Shown here: positions 10,866-23,068 of the stretch, piece after piece | Layout of the letters: each line of letters begins with the position of its first letter | Numbering within the stretch: the stretch's first letter is position 1 | NCBI GenBank assembly: GCA_035193785.1 | Contig: CP136572.1 | Coordinates: 3,924,578 to 3,988,577 of the forward strand | Reading direction: 5' to 3' | DNA from: Planktothrix sp. GU0601_MAG3 | GTDB taxonomy: Bacteria > Cyanobacteriota > Cyanobacteriia > Cyanobacteriales > Microcoleaceae | Length of the DNA: 64,000 nucleotides | Translations under genes and position numbers: made by a program | The notes under the pieces: model-generated | Seen by the model: only the letters and a program-made list of their open reading frames with translations | What the model was told of the DNA's origin: nothing | Database searches by the model: none

Positions 10866-11564
10866 GTGAACAACATCCGCACGGTTTCAGATACAAAGCG
10901 TACTTTTTACAGTCTACATACTCGTCCCATCAACTCGATCTATCGTCGTGTGGTTGAGGAGTTGATGGTGGAAATGCACTTGCTCTCGGTCAATGTTGAT
11001 TTTAGCTATGACCCCATTTATGCCCTGGGTGTTGTAACGGCTTTTGATCGCTTCATGCAGGGGTATTATCCCCTATCTGATCAAGAATCGATTTATAATG
11101 CTCTGATCAAGGCTGAACAAGATGACCCCCAACGGTATCGGGGTGATGCTGAACGCTTACAGGCATTGGCCCAAAATCTATCGATTAAAGACTTAATTGC
11201 CAGTTTAAAATCTCCTAATTATGGGGGGACAGATCAGGAGTTACAAGAGCATTTTCAAAGGATTATCAATAATTCCAAGTTCAAATACAGTCGTTTATTT
11301 GCCATTGGTTTATTTACCCTTTTAGAACAGGCTGATCCTAAAAGCATTCAGGACAAGGCGACCCGGGAAGAAATCTTAGGTCAACTGGCCGAAGTCCTAC
11401 ATTTACCCCAAGACAAACTGCTTAAGGATTTAGATCTGTATCGGAGCAACTTGGAAAAACTGGCCCAAGCTCGGATCATGATGGAAGAAATGACCCAAGC
11501 CGAACGCAAGAAACGGGAACAGCGAGCCAATCAAGCCGTTGGAACTGTCAAACAAGATACCTGA
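10866..11564 (+). CDS. psb29: Photosystem II biogenesis protein Psb29/Thf1
   Basis: TVSDTKR.F...RPINSIYRR..EELMVEMHL and FKYSRLFAIG. Confidence 0.95.
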   Translation: MNNIRTVSDTKRTFYSLHTRPINSIYRRVVEELMVEMHLLSVNVDFSYDPIYALGVVTAFDRFMQGYYPLSDQESIYNALIKAEQDDPQRYRGDAERLQALAQNLSIKDLIASLKSPNYGGTDQELQEHFQRIINNSKFKYSRLFAIGLFTLLEQADPKSIQDKATREEILGQLAEVLHLPQDKLLKDLDLYRSNLEKLAQARIMMEEMTQAERKKREQRANQAVGTVKQDT

Positions 11565-11723
11565 TATGCTTGAGGTTTTTCAGCCCTTGGAGATTGTGTG
11601 AGACTGATTAGGTCTGAGATTTAAAGCATCTATCAATAAGCGCAAAAACAGGAATCCCCCGCCATACCCTCAAGGGAAGCGGGGGAGTCTTAATTTAGAA
11701 CTATAGGTCTTAATCGATGGTTT

Positions 11724-12260
11724 CTAATCGCTGGTGCTTTCGTAGTTTTGGGCATAGGTTTGTAACAAGGCACTCACTTGGGTTAATACCGTGTCGCCAC
11801 CAGCTTTACCGAGAACGGTTTGATGTTGGGCAACGCTGTTCAGGTTGCGTTCAATAGCAGCCTTGATCTGACCAGAAATCAGGGCTTGCAGTTCTTCTTT
11901 AGCCCTTGAACGTTGGAACTGCGCCCCTTCTTCCGTGGTGGCATAAAGGGGTGGAAGACGGTTGAGGGCATAGGCAGCAATATCTCCCACATCTAGGGTT
12001 TGCTCGCTGTTTTCTTCAATTTCTGCCACCTTGGCGATCGCTTCACTGAGAACTAATTCCTCCATGACATTAATAAATTGTTTGCGGGGTAAAACAACGA
12101 CTTCACCCGTTAACAAAGCACCCATCAACCGATCCAAAGCCATATATTCTTCAATGGACAGTTCTGAGGCGGTGTTGCAAATTCTTCCAACCTCCGCCTC
12201 CATCGAAGGGGTTAGATACCCGTCTCCTAAAGCTTGCTCAACAATCTTTTCAATACTCAT
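11724..12260 (-). CDS. ComFB-family protein, CdgR-like cyclic-dinucleotide receptor
   Basis: FINVMEELV...DIAAYALNRLPPLYATT ComFB signature plus a cyanobacterial N-terminal domain. Confidence 0.8.
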   Translation of the reverse strand: MSIEKIVEQALGDGYLTPSMEAEVGRICNTASELSIEEYMALDRLMGALLTGEVVVLPRKQFINVMEELVLSEAIAKVAEIEENSEQTLDVGDIAAYALNRLPPLYATTEEGAQFQRSRAKEELQALISGQIKAAIERNLNSVAQHQTVLGKAGGDTVLTQVSALLQTYAQNYESTSD

Positions 12261-12840
12261 AATGCTGTTGCACTTCGCATCATTTTTATTTTTAACAACT
12301 ACGCGCCTCAATATTCCCCCCAAAAAGGCTTTTTGGTTTCTTAACCACTGTAATTCACAGCAATAAAGCGGGAAAACGAGAGTTTCCTAAATCTTTAAAT
12401 AGTTAGAAAAACCCCAGACAAATATCTCAGGTCTTACTTAGCCGGGTGAACCGGACTGGGTGAACTACAACACCCCTATCCCTTAGCTTTAAAGCATTTG
12501 GGACTGCTTTTTTCCTGCGACTCTTTTTTCATTAACCCTTGTTAAACCCTGCTGCTTGTCCTAGACAATAGGCGGATTCTTTTTAGTAACCGAGTAGGCA
12601 AGGACGCTTTTGTAACCAAATTTTCAAGGGTTTTTTAACCGTCTTTGGCTTTTAAATCATACTCCATACTACTCTATAGGGAAAGCCGAGGCAATCCGTT
12701 TTACTAACTCTTTTATTACCAAAATACTATTCCTGACAATATTCAACTAGATTCAACTAGAAGTTGAGTGAAGTTTTACAATGCTGAGGGAATTAGGCTG
12801 AAGCCACCCACCATCAGTTTATGGTTTTTGACACATCCGT

Positions 12841-13726
12841 TCACTCAATGGCCGCATAACGCCAGGGAACCGGATCAACAGCTTGGCCCTGAACATAAAG
12901 ACCCCAATGCAGGTGCGGGCCAGTTGAGGCCCCGGTGGTTCCTACCGTCCCAATCACTTGACCGGGTTGGACAAAATCTCCCTCCTGAACATCAATCCGG
13001 TTTCAGGTGCATGAAAATACCCCCCACCCCTTGACCATGATCCAAACCAATCACATTGCCATGAATTTCAAATCCCTCAGATTCTCGCCCCACGAGGGCC
13101 ACTCGTCCGGCCGCTGGAGCCACCACCGGTGATCCCATTCCCCCGGCATAATCTACACCCCGATGGTAATAGTCCTTGGCAAACTCGCCATTGTAGTAAC
13201 GACGGACGCCATAAATGGTCGTAATTTCTCCGGCATTGGGACGTAAAAACGGGCCTTTCCAGTATTTCTCAGGTGTCACCAAGGCTTTAAACGCATCCAC
13301 CCGATCAAATTCCTTATCCGTGCCGTTGAGTTCTTCTTTATCGGGGGGTAGCCAAATGGACTGGGTGGGAAAGGAGCGATCGCGCAGTTGTACGGTTAAG
13401 TTCTGTCCCTGTGTCCCATCATTAATTTGTAGGGGTTTATTGCCCGGCTGATCCAAAGGTGTCGTCGGTAATAAGGCCCGCATCCGGTTTGGGGCAATGG
13501 CAAACATCGGGTAGGTTTTGCCCTGCCAAGTTACCGTCGGAGTCGGGGAAGTGGGAGACTCCAAGACCACAGACAAGGTATTCCCCAACTCCGGGGCGGT
13601 AGGATTGACCCTTACCTGGGCAGCTAGTCCTGGCAGGGCAAGAACTACCCCAACGGTAATTAGGGCTAAAACTAAGGATTTGATCCCCCCAGGGATTCTT
13701 ATTCTCATCTTCTGTTTTGTCTCCAA
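12841..13726 (-). CDS. M23 family metallopeptidase (frameshift at 13000-13004)
   Basis: HRGVD; corrected frame gives STGPHLHW. Confidence 0.9.
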
Positions 13727-13841
13727 TATTGACGGGTCATCCCCCTAAAATTTTAGGACTGATCCCAGAATCTTAACAATTCTAGTATCTTAAGAATTAG
13801 TAATATAATTTTACATTGAGTTATTTAACCTAAAATTAACC

Positions 13842-16144
13842 GTGCCAGAAGACTTTCGTTTAATTGTAGATTTAGTCCTTGTCCTTGCCGCTGCGACCAT
13901 TGGGGGACTTTTAGCCTCCTTACTGAAACAACCGGCGATTTTAGGGTATTTGATTGGGGGGATCATTGTTGGCCCGGGTGGATTAGGGGTGATTAAAGAG
14001 TTAATTCAAGTTGAAACCCTAGCTCAATTTGGAGTAGCATTTCTCCTATTTGCTTTAGGGGTAGAATTCTCTTTTGCCGAGTTAAAAAAAGTCCAAGGAA
14101 TTAGTTTAGGAGGTGGCGGGTTACAAATTGTTTTTACAGTATTAATTACCGCCCTAACCATGGGAATTTTAGGTTGGGATACGTCTCCAATTCAAGGCAT
14201 ATTTTTAGGCGCGATTTTATCCCTATCTTCAACGGCCGTTGTCCTGAAATGTTTGATGGAAACGCAATGAAATGGCGAGTCCTTCAGGACAGATTATGTT
14301 AGGGATTTTAGTGGTACAGGATTTAGCTTTAGGATTAATGTTGGCGGTATTACCTGCTTTAAATCAACCCGAGGGTGGGGTGATTTTTGAAGCGGTGGGG
14401 CGATCACTTTTATTAATTGGATTATTTGCATTAGGGGCGGTGATTGCGGGAATTTGGGTAATTCCTAAGTTATTACAATTTTTAGCAAAAACCGAAAGTA
14501 AAGAACTATTTTTATTAGGGGTTGTTGCCCTATGTTTAGGAATTGCGCTATTAACAGAACATTTGGGCTTTTCGATTGAAATGGGAGCCTTTGTTGCCGG
14601 GTTAATGATTTCCGAGGTAGAATATGCCGATCAAACCTTAACTTATGTTGAACCAATCAGGGATATTTTTGCCGCCTTATTTTTTGTGGCGGTAGGGATG
14701 TTAATTGATCCGATCTTTCTCTGGGAACATTTAGAACTAATTATCGGGTTAATGTTACTAATTGTTGCCGGAAAAACCTTAATTATTATTCCTATAGTTA
14801 AATTATTTGGCTATTCTTGGCGAACTTCAATTATCACCGGATTAGGATTAGCTCAAATTGGAGAATTTTCCTTTGTTTTGGCCAGTGCTGGACAGGGATT
14901 AGGGTTAGTTTCTCGACGGGTTTATTTATTAATTGTGGGGACGACAGCTTTAACATTAATGATTACCCCGTTTATTTTGCAATTTGCCCCGAAATTATTA
15001 GATTGGATTGAGGAAAAATGGGATTTATCTAATCTTTTGGAAAATAGTAAAAAAATCACTAATATTTCCGAAGATTTACCTCGACAAAATCATATTATTG
15101 TCTGTGGATATGGTCGGGTTGGTCGTAATTTAGTTCAACTTTTACAAGCTCATAATTATGCGGTGGTTGTAATTGATCAATCTGAACAAACAGTACAGGA
15201 ATTAAGAAACAATCAGATTCCTTATTTATATGGAAATGCAGCTAGTTTGCACGTTTTAGAAGCCGCTGGGGTGGATCGGGCGGCATCTATGGCGATCGCC
15301 CTTCCTGACCCCATGAGTACCCGATTATGTCTAAGAAGATCCCTAGAATTTTCACCAAATTTAGATGTAATTGTTATAGCAGATCGGGATAAGGATATTG
15401 AGTTACTATATCAATTAGGGGCGAAGGAAGTAGTACAACCAGAATTTGAAGCCAGCTTAGAATTATCAAATCATGTATTAACAAAAATGGGGTTAGGAGG
15501 GGATAAAATTCAACTGGAAATGCAGAAAATTCGTCAAAGTCAGTATTCGGATTTTCGCCCGAAACAATCGGCGCAAGCAGTGGCGCGGGATTTACAGCAA
15601 GCTACCAAAGAAATGAATAGTAAATGGTATGCTTTACCGACGATTTCTCCCTTAATAGGAATGACGTTAGAAGAAAGTAATATCCGTCCGATGACGGGAA
15701 TTAGTGTGATGGCTATTCGACGGTTTACGGGAGAAGAAATTGATTATCCCGATGGTCAAGTTCGTTTAGAAAAAGATGATAAGTTATTAGTTGTGGGAGA
15801 AGCAGCAGCTTTAGAAACCTTAGAGCAATTGGCGAAAGGAGAAGTCACGATTCCGGCGGAAAGTATTTCTTGTCAATGGTTAAATATTCCTGAAAATAGT
15901 CCGGTGATCGGTAAATCTTTATCTAAATTAGATTTAGCAAATCGGTTTAGAGTCCAAGTTTCAAGCCCTACGTCGAGAGGATAAGTTTTATCGCTGGCCG
16001 AATCGAAGTTTGGATTTAGAAGCAGGCGATCGCCTATTATTATGTGGGAGTTTTCATGATTTAAACCAAGCCAGGAGAGAAATGATTCCAATTAATATTC
16101 CTTCCCTGAAAATTTTAAAGGAAATTGACATAGTTGAAGGTTGA
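13842..16144 (+). CDS. CPA2 cation/H+ antiporter (KefB-like) with TrkA-N and two TrkA-C domains (frameshifts at 14259 and 15958)
   Basis: LSLSSTAVV, VVQDL, GYGRVG and QIGEFSFV motifs. Confidence 0.9.
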
Positions 16145-16206
16145 TCGGCGGATATTTTAAGATATTGAAAAGGGTGCTGGGAAGAAGCTCTTATGCACCC
16201 TAAAAC

Positions 16207-16635
16207 TTAAAATAATTGTCCCCCGCGAAAACGCCAGTAAGGAAATAAAATTCTGATCAAACTTTGGGAAGCAATAAAAATAGCAATCCAAACACAACTA
16301 TAGTGGGAAATAAAGAGTCCTAAATTAAATTCTGAAGCAGAAAGACCGGGTAAACCGATGGTTTTGATCAGAGTTACTAAAAATAAGCCTTCCCAAATTC
16401 CTGCTAGGAGTTGAAAAACACCTGGCCAATCTCGATCCCAGCGAAATTGTTGGATTTTGATATAGAGAATATCCCAGAAAAAGCCAAAACAGGTAATATA
16501 TCCTAAAATCCCAAAATAAATTGACCCCGGTTGATCACTAATTTTTAAGCCCAAAAAAGCTAAGGTTACTAAAACACCAATGGTTGCAAATAGAAATAGA
16601 CGAGTTTGCCACCGTCCGATTAATGTTGGAGTCAT
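16207..16635 (-). CDS. Hypothetical membrane protein
   Basis: MTPTLIGRWQTR...RWDRDWP; four hydrophobic segments. Confidence 0.7.
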   Translation of the reverse strand: MTPTLIGRWQTRLFLFATIGVLVTLAFLGLKISDQPGSIYFGILGYITCFGFFWDILYIKIQQFRWDRDWPGVFQLLAGIWEGLFLVTLIKTIGLPGLSASEFNLGLFISHYSCVWIAIFIASQSLIRILFPYWRFRGGQLF

Positions 16636-16811
16636 GGGAGTAACAATTTAAAATTTTAGAGAATATTATTGTTAATTTTTATTAAAAATCCCGATCCGAT
16701 ATGGTTCTGATCAACTACAATATGATATCAGAATATTGATAATATTGCACCCTGATTTTGCGCCCATACTATGGGCGTTTTTTTATTGTGAAATATTTCT
16801 TAAGATTAAAA

Positions 16812-16887
16812 TAAGTACCTAAACAAAATTAATTACAAATCCTGTTCCCTATTCCCTATTCCCTATTCCCTATTCCCTCTTGCTATA
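16812..16887. repeat. Small dispersed element TAAGTACCTAAACAAAATTAATTACAAA-(CCCT[AG]TT)n-GCTATA, copy 1
   Basis: Same structure at 36494-36555. Confidence 0.7.
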
Positions 16888-16906
16888 TATAATAATTCGT
16901 TTTTTT

Positions 16907-18023
16907 TTAATTATCAATTATCCGAACACTATTCGGTGAAATAACTACGTTAACCCGGTCGCCAATTTTAAATTGTTGCAAATCATCTTGATGCCAATTT
17001 TGCAGGCGAATAATGATTAAAATTCTATCAGTTAAACGCACCCCGTAACGGGTATCAGTTCCCAAATAAACAGATTCTTCAATAATTCCTTCCCAGGTTT
17101 GTACATTTTGATAATTTCCTAGATTTTCATGGGTCTTATGATAAATAGTAACTTTCTCGGGACGGATGACTAAATTAATTATTTGTCCTGGTATAATAGA
17201 TTGAAATACTGTTAGATGAATTGGAAGTTGTTCATCAATTAAAAGAGTGATTTCTTGTCCTTGGGTTTCTGTTACTTTTGCCGTTAAAAAGTTAGTTTCC
17301 CCAATAAAATCAGCGACGAATTTAGTTTGAGGATATTCATAAATTTCCATCGGGTTTCCTACTTGTAATAATTCCCCATGATTCATAATTCCAATTCGAT
17401 CAGACATGGTTAGAGCTTCTTCTTGATCATGGGTGACATAAATGAAAGTAATCCCTAATTGTTTCTGCATTTTTTTGAGTTCTAACTGCATTTCTTTTCG
17501 CAGTTTTAAGTCTAAAGCCCCCAAAGGTTTCATCAAATAATAATACTTTTGGTTGTTTAACTAATGCTCTAGCTAAAGCTACCCGTTGTTGTTGTCCACC
17601 GGATAGTTGGCGGGGATAACGGGTCTGAAAATCGGTTAATTTAACTAAGGATAATACTTCTAAAACTCTACTTTTAATTTGGGGACGAGGCAAATTTTCC
17701 ATTTCTAGTCCAAAAGCTATATTTTCCGCGATGTTTAAATGGGGAAATAGGGCATAATTTTGAAAGACGGTATTAACTGGACGATGAAACGGAGGACGAT
17801 TTTTCATCGGTTGTTGATGAATTAAAATTTCCCCCGCCGTCGGATGTTCAAATCCAGCAATCATTCTTAATGTTGTGGTTTTTCCACAACCCGATGGCCC
17901 TAATAAGGAGAAAAATTCTCCGGCTTTGATTTGTAAATTTAGTTGATTAACAGCTAAGAAATCCTTGCTATTTAATCCGTGAAATAATTTGGAAACATTT
18001 AATAATTCAACAGCAGAATTCAT
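16907..18023 (-). CDS. potA: Spermidine/putrescine ABC transporter ATPase (frameshift at 17527-17531)
   Basis: GPSGCGKTT and [15 protein letters not shown]; correction restores DEPLGALD. Confidence 0.93.
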
Positions 18024-18027
18024 AGAG

Positions 18028-18232
18028 AGCAGGGGAGCGGGGGAGCAAGGGGAGCAAGGGGAGCAGGGGGAGCAAGGGGAGCAAGGGGAGCAAGGGGAAG
18101 CAGGGGGAGCAAGGGGAGCGGGGGGAGCGGGGGGAGCGGGGGAGCGGGGGAGGTAAACTCTTTTTATTACCCATTACCCATTACCCATTACCCATTACCC
18201 ATTACCCATTACCCATTACCCATTACCCATTC
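18028..18232. repeat. G-rich (GGGG[G]AGC[AG])n tract followed by (CCCATTA)n STRR
   Basis: Read directly from sequence. Confidence 0.9.
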
Positions 18233-19305
18233 CCCACCCCCGCTTTAACTTCTGTCCAGGCTTGATCATATAATTGGGTGGCTTCTCCTACATCTTGGAG
18301 ATATTGGAGTTTTTCAAAAACTTCTGGGGGGGGATAAATACTGGGATTTTTTAAGTTTTCAGCGTCAATTAATTTCTGAGCAATAGCAACTTTATTGGGG
18401 GAAGCATAATCAATAAAATTGGAAATTTTTGCACTATTTTCTGGTTCCAAAATAAAGTCAATAAAGGTTTCGGCGAGTTTTTTATTGGGTGCGCCTTTGG
18501 GAATTACCATATTATCCATCCCAATAATACTTCCCTCCTTGGGAATAACATATCGTAAATCGGGATTTTCTGCCATAACTTGAAAAATATCGCCACTATA
18601 TTCCATGGTTAAATTAACTTCTCCCTGATTTAATAATTGTTGACCTGTATCGGGAGCAAAAGCGGCAATATTATCTTTATTTTTAATTAGGAAATCTTGG
18701 GCTTTTTTGATTTCTTCGGGGTTTTTTGTATTGGGACTATAGCCCAAATATATTAAAATTGCTCCCATTGTATGGCGCATATCATCTAATAAAGCAACTT
18801 TACCTTTATATTTAGGATCAACTAAAGCTGACCAACTATTAATTTCTTCTCCGGTTTTTTTAAGATTATAGCCAATTCCTAAAGTGATCCATTGATAGGG
18901 AATACTATATTTATTTCCGGGGTCGTAGGGAGGATTTATAAATTTAGAGTCAATGTTTTTGATATTAGGAATTTTAGCAATATCTAATTCTTCTAACATT
19001 TGCTCTTTCACCATGATTTTGACCATATAATCTGGGGGAAATGCTATGTCATAGCCTGGGTTTCCGGCTTTTAATTTAGCATAAAGACTTTCGGCGCTAT
19101 CATAAGTATCATAATTAATTTTAACTTGATATTTTTGTTCAAAGGCTTTAAGAACTTCCGGGTCAATATAGGTTGACCAGTTATAAAGATTGAGAACATT
19201 TGCTGTGGGCGCAGTCGGGGGGGTATTAGACTGATTTGCTGTGCAACCGAAGGGTAAAAATACACCTAAACAAAATAGCAGAATTAAGGTTAAAATTCGT
19301 TTCAT
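18223..19305 (-). CDS. potD: Polyamine ABC transporter substrate-binding lipoprotein
   Basis: Lipobox PFGC, LYNWSTYIDP and YSIPYQW. Confidence 0.92.
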   Translation of the reverse strand: MKRILTLILLFCLGVFLPFGCTANQSNTPPTAPTANVLNLYNWSTYIDPEVLKAFEQKYQVKINYDTYDSAESLYAKLKAGNPGYDIAFPPDYMVKIMVKEQMLEELDIAKIPNIKNIDSKFINPPYDPGNKYSIPYQWITLGIGYNLKKTGEEINSWSALVDPKYKGKVALLDDMRHTMGAILIYLGYSPNTKNPEEIKKAQDFLIKNKDNIAAFAPDTGQQLLNQGEVNLTMEYSGDIFQVMAENPDLRYVIPKEGSIIGMDNMVIPKGAPNKKLAETFIDFILEPENSAKISNFIDYASPNKVAIAQKLIDAENLKNPSIYPPPEVFEKLQYLQDVGEATQLYDQAWTEVKAGVGNG

Positions 19306-19403
19306 GTTCTATCAATTAATATCAAAGTTTAGGGTGAGTTATGGATTGATTAATTTTAAACTTAATCGGTTATAAATACAAGTGGTTTGAGCTTCCTTGC
19401 TCG

Positions 19404-20273
19404 CTATTTTATTTTAACTCCATCTGGTAATTTCAAAGATGATATTACCAAGAAAAGAGAAGCGAGTAACATTAAAGTTGAAATGGCATTAATAACTGGA
19501 CTGACGGATAATTTAATCATTCCATAGACAAATAAAGGTAAGGTAGTTGCGCCTACTCCAGTGGTAAAAAAGGTGACAACAAAATCATCCAAGGAAAGGG
19601 TAAAAGCTAATAATGCGCCACTTAAAATAGCGGGGAAAATTAGGGGGAAGGTAATTCGCCAAAAGGTTTTCCATTCATTCGCTCCTAAATCTAATGCTGC
19701 TTCTTCTAAAGCGGGATCTAAGTCGGATAAACGCGCCCTGACCGTAATAGTAATAAAGGCAATACTAAAGGTAGCATGACTAATAATTACCGATGGTAAG
19801 CCTAAAGTCAAGTGAATTCCGGTGAGATTTTCTAGGATTCTAAAAACTAAGGTAAAAAAGACTAATAGGGAAACGCCTAATGTAATTTCAGGAATAATAA
19901 TTGGTAATAATAATAATGCTTCTAGTAATTTAGATCCGGGAAACCGAAACCGCTCTAAAGCTAGGGCTACCATGGTTCCTAAAATAGAGGCTATTAAGGT
20001 GGAAGCGATCGCAATAATTAGGCTATTTTGTAAGGAATTCCAGAGACTTTGGGTGGAAATATCGGCGGTACTTTCTGTTAAGCCACTGAATAACTTTTGA
20101 TACCATTTTAACGTAAATCCCGTCCAATTTGAATTAAATCGAGAGTCATTAAAGGAATAAATAATTAAAATTAAAATCGGTAAATAAAGAAAGGAAAAAA
20201 CTAGGGTAGCCTGTATTTTTAATCCGGTTTTTCCCCAAGTATGAATAAAATTATCTAGGGCTTTAATATTCAT
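19404..20273 (-). CDS. potC: Polyamine ABC transporter permease
   Basis: FLYLPI...YSFN, EEAALDLGA and SLDDFVVT. Confidence 0.92.
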   Translation of the reverse strand: MNIKALDNFIHTWGKTGLKIQATLVFSFLYLPILILIIYSFNDSRFNSNWTGFTLKWYQKLFSGLTESTADISTQSLWNSLQNSLIIAIASTLIASILGTMVALALERFRFPGSKLLEALLLLPIIIPEITLGVSLLVFFTLVFRILENLTGIHLTLGLPSVIISHATFSIAFITITVRARLSDLDPALEEAALDLGANEWKTFWRITFPLIFPAILSGALLAFTLSLDDFVVTFFTTGVGATTLPLFVYGMIKLSVSPVINAISTLMLLASLFLVISSLKLPDGVKIK

Positions 20274-20277
20274 TGTT

Positions 20278-21163
20278 TTAATATAAATTATCAGTATTAG
20301 AACTTCTAAAATAAATTATAACAGGAATTAATACTAATACCATTAATCCCATGGATAAAGCCGAGCCAAAGGGCCAATCCCGAGCTTGTAAAAATTGATT
20401 TTGAATTAAATTTCCCACCATAACTGTTTTTGCTCCTCCGAGAATATCCGGGGTAATAAATGCACCTAAAGCCGGGATAAAAACCAGAATAGATCCGGCA
20501 ATAATTCCGGGTAAAGTTAAGGGTAAAATAATTCTGAAAAATGTTTTAATATGGTTTGCACCTAAATCTTGAGCCGCTTCAACTAAAGAAAAGTTTAATC
20601 GTTCAATGGTGGCATATAATGGTAGAATCATAAAGGGTAAATAACCATAAATTAAACCGACAATAACGGCAAGGGGAGTAAAGAGTAAATTCAGAGGTTC
20701 TGAAATTAAATTCAAACTTTGTAACACGGTATTAATCATACCTTCAGAACGAAGAATAATCATCCACGCATAGGTTTCTAACTAGAAAGTTTGTCCAAAA
20801 GGGAATAATTACTAAAAACAATAATAGGTTTCGCCAACGGGTCGAAGATGTGGCAATAAAAAAGGCTAAGGGATAACCAATAATTAAACAAATTAAGGTG
20901 GTTAGGGAGGCGAGTCCTAGCGATCGCCAAAAAATATTTAGGTATAAATTATTAGCTAATCGTTGATAATTTTTTAGGGTAAATTCCCAGGTAACTCCCC
21001 CATAGGTTCCCCGTTCTAAAAAACTATAAACTAAGACAATAATCAGGGGAATAACAAAGAAAATTAGTAACCAAATTGCAGCCGGAAGTAATAGGATTAA
21101 TAGGTTTCTAGTCCTTCGAGTTTCTAGGGTGGAATGGGACTGTTTTTTGATTAAAAAAGCCAT
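20278..21163 (-). CDS. potB: Polyamine ABC transporter permease (frameshift at 20774-20778)
   Basis: PFWTNFLVRTYAW after correction; EAAQDLGA. Confidence 0.92.
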
Positions 21164-21305
21164 AAATTAAAATCAATAATATTGAATTAAATGGGTTGGA
21201 ATCTCAACAAATAACCAATCAAGGTTCAAGAGTTGATTTTAGATCCAAGATCCGCTATGATGCAACCGGAAAACACTATCCAGCTAAAATTTGCTGTGAG
21301 TTGCC

Positions 21306-21974
21306 GTGCAAACGCTTCAAATACCCGAATCAGGCCATCCATTGGTCAAATCCCTATTTCATCATAAAGACCAGGAATTGTTAACTCTGTTTCAGAATTA
21401 TCCTGATCAGGGGAAATACTTTGTTGCTATTTTCTGCCGTTACGGTTTAATTGTCTATACTTTAATTCGTCATTCAGTGCGATCGCCTGTACAAGCGGAT
21501 TATTTATTCTCTCAAACCTGGCGACATATTTTTTATGAAATGCGCCCGTTAAATTTAAGAGAACAAGAAAACACAGAGGGGGGAAATACGCTACAAAACT
21601 GGTTAATTAATGTTACCGCAGTTTGTATTAATCAAGCGGAGTTACCCCCAGTTGAATCTATCCAATATTCCTTATCAGCAGCACCTCCTCCTCTGTGGTG
21701 TTATGTGGGATTAGTATTAGATCGGATGGAACCTTTATTAAGGTTAATTCTGGTGATGGCACAAACATTTCATTGGAGTGAAACTCGAATTTCTGCTTAT
21801 TTACAAGCCGAGGGAGAGTCGGTTTCTCCGAATGAAGTCAAAGAACTATTAAAAGGAGCCTATCGCACCTTAGAGGAGAATTTACCTGCTGATATTCGTC
21901 AAATTTATTTCAATGAAAATGGCTTGGTTTCTGGATTAGATCCAGATGTCGATCAACAGATTTTAAAGCCTTAA
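21306..21974 (+). CDS. Cyanobacterial sigma-70-like (ECF-like) protein
   Basis: Region 2-like (ADYLFSQTW...NWL) and region 4-like (SETRISAYL) segments. Confidence 0.6.
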   Translation: MQTLQIPESGHPLVKSLFHHKDQELLTLFQNYPDQGKYFVAIFCRYGLIVYTLIRHSVRSPVQADYLFSQTWRHIFYEMRPLNLREQENTEGGNTLQNWLINVTAVCINQAELPPVESIQYSLSAAPPPLWCYVGLVLDRMEPLLRLILVMAQTFHWSETRISAYLQAEGESVSPNEVKELLKGAYRTLEENLPADIRQIYFNENGLVSGLDPDVDQQILKP

Positions 21975-22002
21975 ATTTAGAGGTGCGATCGCCGAATTAA
22001 AA

Positions 22003-22510
22003 TTAATTTAAAAACACCGATCCCGCTTCCGTAATATTCAGGGATCTTGTATCAAGACTAAAATTGTTTGTTACCTCAAATTGCACTTCTAAAACTCCGG
22101 GGGAAGTTTGCTGAGGTCTGACTAATAATGATCCCCCATCCTGGCGTTGATAGGTAAGAGTAATTGGGGGTGAAACCTTGGACTTGAATTGTGGCATTTT
22201 TGGCTAATAATTCTTGACGAGTTCCTCCAATTAGTTGATATTGAATCGGAACATTACTATTATTAATTAATTTGATAGTGACGATTCCATTCACCGCACC
22301 AACTCTGGCACTTGGTAGGGGAAATCGAGGGGGAAGATCATCTTTTTCTGAATTAGAGTTAGGATTAGGTTGGGTGGTTGCGGGTGCGGCTTGGGGTCGT
22401 GCTGGCTTACCTGGAGGGGGGCCACCTGCTAAGGCGATCGCCGATAAACTTGTAAACACTTCACCAATAGCAAGTAGTAAGACAATCAAACGGGATACAG
22501 TTGCTTTCAT
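22003..22510 (-). CDS. Hypothetical exported protein (frameshift at 22172-22176)
   Basis: Signal peptide and Pro-rich linker; two ORFs joined by deleting one base. Confidence 0.65.
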
Positions 22511-22687
22511 GATTCATTGTCCTTTAATATTTACAAAATTTATGATCAGTTGATCTAACCCAGTTTAAGCTAAATTCTCAATTTCAGGATAAAATATTGA
22601 AATTTGTTCTATAATAAATGTATCATCCTGATCCGATTCCCCCAAATAGGTAACAGGTTAAAACACAATATTCTGATCATTTTATCT

Positions 22688-22990
22688 ATGAACTTGCTCA
22701 AAAAATTCCCGATTTTTGTCTTAGTATTGAGTGTTTTTATTGTCTCTATTTTTACACTCACCCCACCGATATTTGCCTCTCGTCAAACCCATAGGTTAAT
22801 CGCTCAATCTCTGCCAGTTATTCCTGCTAAGATGGCATTTTTAATCCCTAAAGTTGCCCCTCAAACGATGATTAAACCAGCCTTAAGTTTAAATCAAATA
22901 TCTACCGCCTTAGCCCCAACTTGGACAACGGATCACAATCACGCCCCAATTAGAGGCTGTAATTGTCCTGAATGTCAATTAACGGTTTAA
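22688..22990 (+). CDS. Small exported/membrane protein with C-terminal H..H....CxCxxC
   Basis: N-terminal hydrophobic helix; DHNHAPIRGCNCPEC. Confidence 0.55.
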   Translation: MNLLKKFPIFVLVLSVFIVSIFTLTPPIFASRQTHRLIAQSLPVIPAKMAFLIPKVAPQTMIKPALSLNQISTALAPTWTTDHNHAPIRGCNCPECQLTV

Positions 22991-23068
22991 TTTGACTAAG
23001 CCGAATTACTTCTGGTGTTGACTGAAATTAAGCACAACATCAGAAGTTATTTCATATCAGCATAAAAT

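Noticed and set aside
18028..18232. Tandem repeats as a CRISPR array (also 36389, 40194, 49694, 61098)
   Set aside because: Units are 7-9 bp with no unique spacers and no cas genes; these are cyanobacterial STRR-type repeats.
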